Assembly: GCA_017991415.1 (NCBI GenBank)
Contig: JAGOQR010000003.1
Coordinates: forward strand, 44,279 to 108,278
DNA from: Candidatus Magasanikiibacteriota bacterium
GTDB taxonomy: Bacteria > Patescibacteriota > Patescibacteriia > Magasanikbacterales > GWA2-37-8
Direction: 5' to 3'
Length of the DNA stretch: 64,000 nt
This document shows positions 60,343 to 64,000 of the stretch, piece by piece. Made by a program: the position numbers and the translations under genes. Each line of letters starts with the position of its first letter. Within the stretch, counting starts at the first letter, position 1. Under the pieces are notes generated by a model that was not told where the DNA came from, made no database searches, and saw only the letters and a program-made list of their open reading frames with translations.

Positions 60343-62934
60343 TTACCTTCTTTTAAAGAATTTTTCCTTTGCTTGTTTTACCCACCCTGCAATTATAACA
60401 CCTTTAAATCTGATTAAAAAAGCAAGGACAAGGGCACTTATACCACCCAATGTAACTAAACTATATTTTTTAACAACGTTTTCTTTAGTATTGCTAATTT
60501 TTTCGCCTAAAACCTTGGCGTCTGGCGCCACATCTATTACCTGAACATCGTCATTGGACCTTGGCCAAAGCTGCCATTCACTAGCTGTTTTTTCTAAAAT
60601 TCCTACAACCCAAACCCTCTCGCCTTCTTTTAAGTTTTGCTTATTAATTTGAGCGTTCTTTTTAAAAGTGACTTTTATTTCCGCTTCACCATTATCAACA
60701 AACATAAAGCTGGATTTAAGCTCTGTAATCTCGCCTTCAACCTGAACTAAGGCGCCAGCATTACTATCTTCTAAGCCCGACAAACTGACTTCAGTTTTTG
60801 GTACCACATTGCCAAGCGATAAAATATCAACACTCTGACTATTTTTAATATTTACTCTTTTTATTCCACTGACCTCGGAAACAGTTCCAGAAACTTCTAC
60901 CAGGTCACCAACACCTAGCGGCGGAAAGTCTTTTTTACTCTGATAAATTTGCACTCCTGCATTATCATTATTTATATAAAAAAACTGGCTACCAAATATA
61001 TTTGGCACAACCGAGACTATACCTTTTATTTTCACTGGCTGGCCTTTGACAGCACTTCGCACATCCCCGATATTTATAACAAGCGCTCCAACAGATTTGG
61101 TTGCGGTTTTTTGATTAGTGTTACTATTTTTTTCTTCTGCCAACAAACTTTCTGATTCTAATGTTAAAATCTTACCTGGATTTGGTTTTACCCATCGCCA
61201 CTCTCCCCGAACTAATGCAAAACTTTTACCAGATAATGGTTTTTCGTATTTTACCAAATCAACAAGGGTTTTATCTTTATTAAATAACTCAACTTTTCCA
61301 ACCGTGTTTACCAGACTAATCTTGGTGGCCGCTTTATAAAAAACCAACGTACCGTTCGGAGCAATAATCGTATTATCTACAAAAGTATATTTTTTATCAC
61401 CAACTTTTAAAAACCAGCCGGCCAGATTAACAACTGTAGCAGAATTATTTTTCAACTCAATAAACTCTGCGCTATCATCGCCTTCTGGATTTGGTAATAT
61501 TTCCGAAATAATTATATCGGCGTTCTGAGCCAAACCACTCCCTACACTAATTTCTATTTTTTTATTTTCTCCATACCCACTTGTGCTTGTTACAAACAAC
61601 GAGACGGTATGCGTGCCGGAGGTGGCAAAACTAGTCTTTATTTCTGGCCCCACTACCTGCTGACCATTTTCTAAGGTCCAAAAAAAGTGCAGCTGCCCAC
61701 CACGCGGATCGGCTACATCTTCGGCATTAAGGGTTATTGTTTCGTTTATATCAGCCGAGGAAGGCGCTATAATATTCCATACAAAAATAGCTGGTGTTTT
61801 TTTAATGGTTTTGACTGTGCTTGAAACTACTTTTTGAGAAAAGCTACTATCGCTGCTTACCGTTTCTTCTACAACTATTACATTCGCTGCGCCTGGAGAA
61901 ATTTTATTTGTCACAAGCCAATCTGCCTCATTATCTGTATCCAACCCATCTACAATTCGAGCGAGTGACTGGCCTTCGTCTGGAGACAGCTCATCGTTAT
62001 AATCTATCCTATCTATTACCACCCCACGAACATCTTTTAAAATAACACTATCTCCAGAATTATTTAAAAAACTTTTACTTTGCAGATCTATCTGCAACCA
62101 CCCATACGGCCCCACAGCCCCAGTTATTTTTTTACAGGTAGAGGTGGTGTTGCGAGAATCACATACCATAGCCCCACCTATATCAACAGAAAGCCCCGAA
62201 GAATTAAACAGTTCTACCCATTCATTTCCATCTTCGGGATCTGACACTATCTCGTTTAGAGAGAGCGCAGTTAAATCAGCTGGAGTAACCGCCACTAACC
62301 CAGATTGCGAAGCACTAGATCCATACGGATTTATAAAAGAAGATGTACTTGTTACAACCTCTTCTTGCGCAAGAACAGTTGTGGTAATACTTGTTGTACT
62401 AACAAAAGAAGTAAAATTATTTACAAATCCAACAGTATTACTTGCCAGATGTTCAGCCCAATTAACCGATGTATAATCGGATAAAAAAGAATCTTTTCTT
62501 TGCAAAGAAAAATTAGCAGCAATGGGGTATGTAAACTGTTCTACAAAATTTCCTTGCGCATCCTTTAACCCTATTACTTCTCCGCTTTCATTTAGGCTGC
62601 TCCAAGAAGAATCAAAAACCGAACCAGCAAAAAATGGATAATCTATAATAAACTGGGTGGCATCCTGTACAATTACTCCGTATTCACCAGCATCAAGAAT
62701 AGAATTTGTGGTACTCACCGACAAGCTATGATTTGTATTGTTTTCCCAAAATTTCCAACTTAACAAGTCTACTGGCTCGCTTCCCTTATTCCAAATTTCT
62801 ATCCACTCATGCCCACTGGGTTCGTATGCACCTATTTCATTAATAACAATATCGGAGTTAGCAGAAAAAGCATACTGGCCAACAAAAAAACTACTTGCCA
62901 ATAAAAACAAAATAAAAACTATCCTCCGCTTCAT
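60343..62934 (-). CDS. Large secreted protein with multiple lamin-tail domains (LTD) and a C-terminal membrane anchor
   Basis: 863 aa with a signal peptide. Three LTD-like units (IVINEIGAYEPSGHEWIEIWNKGSEPVDLLSWKF; SLNEIVSDPEDGNEWVELFNSSGLSVDIGG; IIISEILPNPEGDDSAEFIELKNNSATVVNLAGWFL). C-terminal TM (LVTLGGISALVLAFLI) followed by a basic tail. Confidence 0.65.
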   Translation of the reverse strand: MKRRIVFILFLLASSFFVGQYAFSANSDIVINEIGAYEPSGHEWIEIWNKGSEPVDLLSWKFWENNTNHSLSVSTTNSILDAGEYGVIVQDATQFIIDYPFFAGSVFDSSWSSLNESGEVIGLKDAQGNFVEQFTYPIAANFSLQRKDSFLSDYTSVNWAEHLASNTVGFVNNFTSFVSTTSITTTVLAQEEVVTSTSSFINPYGSSASQSGLVAVTPADLTALSLNEIVSDPEDGNEWVELFNSSGLSVDIGGAMVCDSRNTTSTCKKITGAVGPYGWLQIDLQSKSFLNNSGDSVILKDVRGVVIDRIDYNDELSPDEGQSLARIVDGLDTDNEADWLVTNKISPGAANVIVVEETVSSDSSFSQKVVSSTVKTIKKTPAIFVWNIIAPSSADINETITLNAEDVADPRGGQLHFFWTLENGQQVVGPEIKTSFATSGTHTVSLFVTSTSGYGENKKIEISVGSGLAQNADIIISEILPNPEGDDSAEFIELKNNSATVVNLAGWFLKVGDKKYTFVDNTIIAPNGTLVFYKAATKISLVNTVGKVELFNKDKTLVDLVKYEKPLSGKSFALVRGEWRWVKPNPGKILTLESESLLAEEKNSNTNQKTATKSVGALVINIGDVRSAVKGQPVKIKGIVSVVPNIFGSQFFYINNDNAGVQIYQSKKDFPPLGVGDLVEVSGTVSEVSGIKRVNIKNSQSVDILSLGNVVPKTEVSLSGLEDSNAGALVQVEGEITELKSSFMFVDNGEAEIKVTFKKNAQINKQNLKEGERVWVVGILEKTASEWQLWPRSNDDVQVIDVAPDAKVLGEKISNTKENVVKKYSLVTLGGISALVLAFLIRFKGVIIAGWVKQAKEKFFKRR

Positions 62935-63168
62935 AAATTAAAGTTTAACGTAACTTAATTTATCAAATATAGAGTATGGGATGTCAAAAATATTTAACAT
63001 AAATTTAAAATTTGTATCAAAAATTAAATAACACCTAGCAACTTACCTGTCCGCTTTGAAAAAACCAAAGTAAACTTGAGGAATTATATCACTTTTCAAA
63101 CACGAATTGTCAAGGATCTTGGTGTAACTAAAAACACTCCACTTTCATGGAATGTTTTTAAAAATTTT

Positions 63169-63230
63169 CTGAGATCTCCGTAATTCTATATACAAGTATT
63201 TATATAGAGAATTACGGCGGAGATCTCAGG
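63169..63230. repeat. 62-bp imperfect inverted repeat abutting the second GC-rich segment
   Basis: ctgagatctccgtaattctatata ... tatatagagaattacggcggagatctcagg. The right arm carries two 2-nt insertions. Composition switches to GC-rich immediately after the IR. Confidence 0.6.
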
Positions 63231-63293
63231 CATCCTCCACCGCACTGTTGGGGTTGGAGGTTGATGCGTTGTTGGGCGCGGGCCGACGCGGCG

Positions 63294-63692
63294 CTACTTG
63301 ACGGTGAAGGTGACCCTCGACCAGTCGATCTCGACCGGTCGTGCGACGTAGCTGAAGTCGCACTGGCCGACGTGCCCGTTCTTGTCGATGAACTCGCTGA
63401 GCGTCACCGGCTTGAGCTGGTAGGCCAACGCGGTGAACTTGGGAGCCGCCTTGGCGCAGTTGTCGTAGGTCAGACCGGAGGCGCTGGTGTCTCGAGCGCG
63501 GACGATGATATCGACCATCGCCGACATGATGCGCTCCTCGCAACTGGCGTTCTTGCACTGCTTGGGCGCCGACTTGTCGGCCTTGGACGACGCCTGCGTC
63601 TTGGCACTGACGACAGTCTCCGCTCCGGCGACCGAAGCGATGGTGCCGAACAGGAGGGTGAAGAACATGCAGAGCTTGAGAGTGGTATTCAC
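63294..63692 (-). CDS. Small secreted protein of unknown function, encoded in a compositionally foreign (about 60-65% GC) segment
   Basis: 132 aa with a GTG start at 63690-63692 preceded by the SD AGGAGA. Signal peptide LKLCMFFTLLFGTIASVAGAE. Several Cys (CKNASCEE; DNCAKAAP; VGQCDF). Strong GC3 bias. The overlapping + strand ORFs in the track are high-GC artefacts. Confidence 0.65.
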   Translation of the reverse strand: MNTTLKLCMFFTLLFGTIASVAGAETVVSAKTQASSKADKSAPKQCKNASCEERIMSAMVDIIVRARDTSASGLTYDNCAKAAPKFTALAYQLKPVTLSEFIDKNGHVGQCDFSYVARPVEIDWSRVTFTVK

Positions 63693-63830
63693 GACAGTCT
63701 CCTACGTGGGGGTTTTGGAAATTGAACCTTTGTACAAGCCAGCAGGCTTTACCAAGGTAAAAGAAAGCCTAGTTTTGGATCTCTTTTCCCCTGGCAAAGC
63801 CTGGTTTGTTATTTAAAAGAGCAACAGACA

Positions 63831-63859
63831 ATTATACACCAAAACAAGAATTTTGTCAA
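63831..63859 (-). promoter_or_regulatory. Consensus sigma70 promoter driving the second GC-rich gene
   Basis: Read on the minus strand: TTGACA, a 17-nt spacer, then TATAAT, in AT-rich DNA. A structured leader of about 130 nt precedes the SD. Confidence 0.6.
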
Positions 63860-64000
63860 TCCCCCTACGAGAGTGATAATATATTTTGGCTAAGATAAAA
63901 GATTTTTGTAGTACCCCCCCCTATAGACACGGCTTATTCCAAAGGATAGGTTAAACAAAAAATACCTTCACTCAATTACAGAGACAGGGCTGAACAACAT

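Noticed and set aside
63226-63816. Overlapping ORFs 63226-63558 minus, 63261-63725 plus and 63487-63816 plus in the second GC-rich segment
   Set aside because: Same high-GC artefact. Only 63294-63692 minus has a signal peptide, an SD and an upstream consensus promoter.

Overview
This is a low-GC (about 35-40% GC) bacterial chromosomal window. The genes are compact and the content is streamlined, which I infer fits a Patescibacteria/CPR-like lineage.

Core content:
- Information processing: rpoC (partial) and rpoB, ftsK, a rodZ-like gene, recA, lexA, recQ, a second SF2 helicase, xseA/xseB, xth, and alkA-like and mutY-like glycosylases.
- tRNAs: an Ala-Phe-Pro cluster and two tRNA-Ser genes.
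- Metal and ion handling: a P-type ATPase next to MgtC, a csoR-copA-HMA-membrane-cupredoxin copper operon with a visible CsoR operator, a VIT1/CCC1 transporter, an aquaporin and a SulP permease.
- Envelope and redox: a DsbA-VKOR pair, UppP, an MltB-like lytic transglycosylase, an O-antigen-ligase-like protein and MsrB.
- Cofactor-related: ribE, a stand-alone riboflavin kinase, trhO, a YhhQ-type queuosine-precursor transporter and a CofE-like ligase.
- A marR plus two-gene ABC exporter operon, and two very large surface proteins (one FN3-rich, one with lamin-tail domains).

The most unusual signal is two compositionally foreign segments, roughly 60-65% GC against the roughly 38% background. Each encodes a small secreted protein with several cysteines; the first is a lipoprotein. 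In both, the GC-rich ORF sits directly behind a near-consensus sigma70 promoter in native AT-rich DNA, and the GC-rich span includes a Shine-Dalgarno site and ends in a large imperfect inverted-repeat structure. The first segment is bracketed by roughly 70-90 bp imperfect direct repeats and lies next to tRNA-Ser(CGA).

Other notable items: an SF2 helicase fused to a sigma70 region-4 domain, a stand-alone cyanophycin-synthetase-like ATP-grasp gene paired with a large unknown ORF, a strong lexA promoter with candidate operator motifs and a small membrane protein downstream, a 1 kb non-coding region between rpoB and ftsK carrying a promoter-to-terminator unit, and a structured leader upstream of yhhQ.
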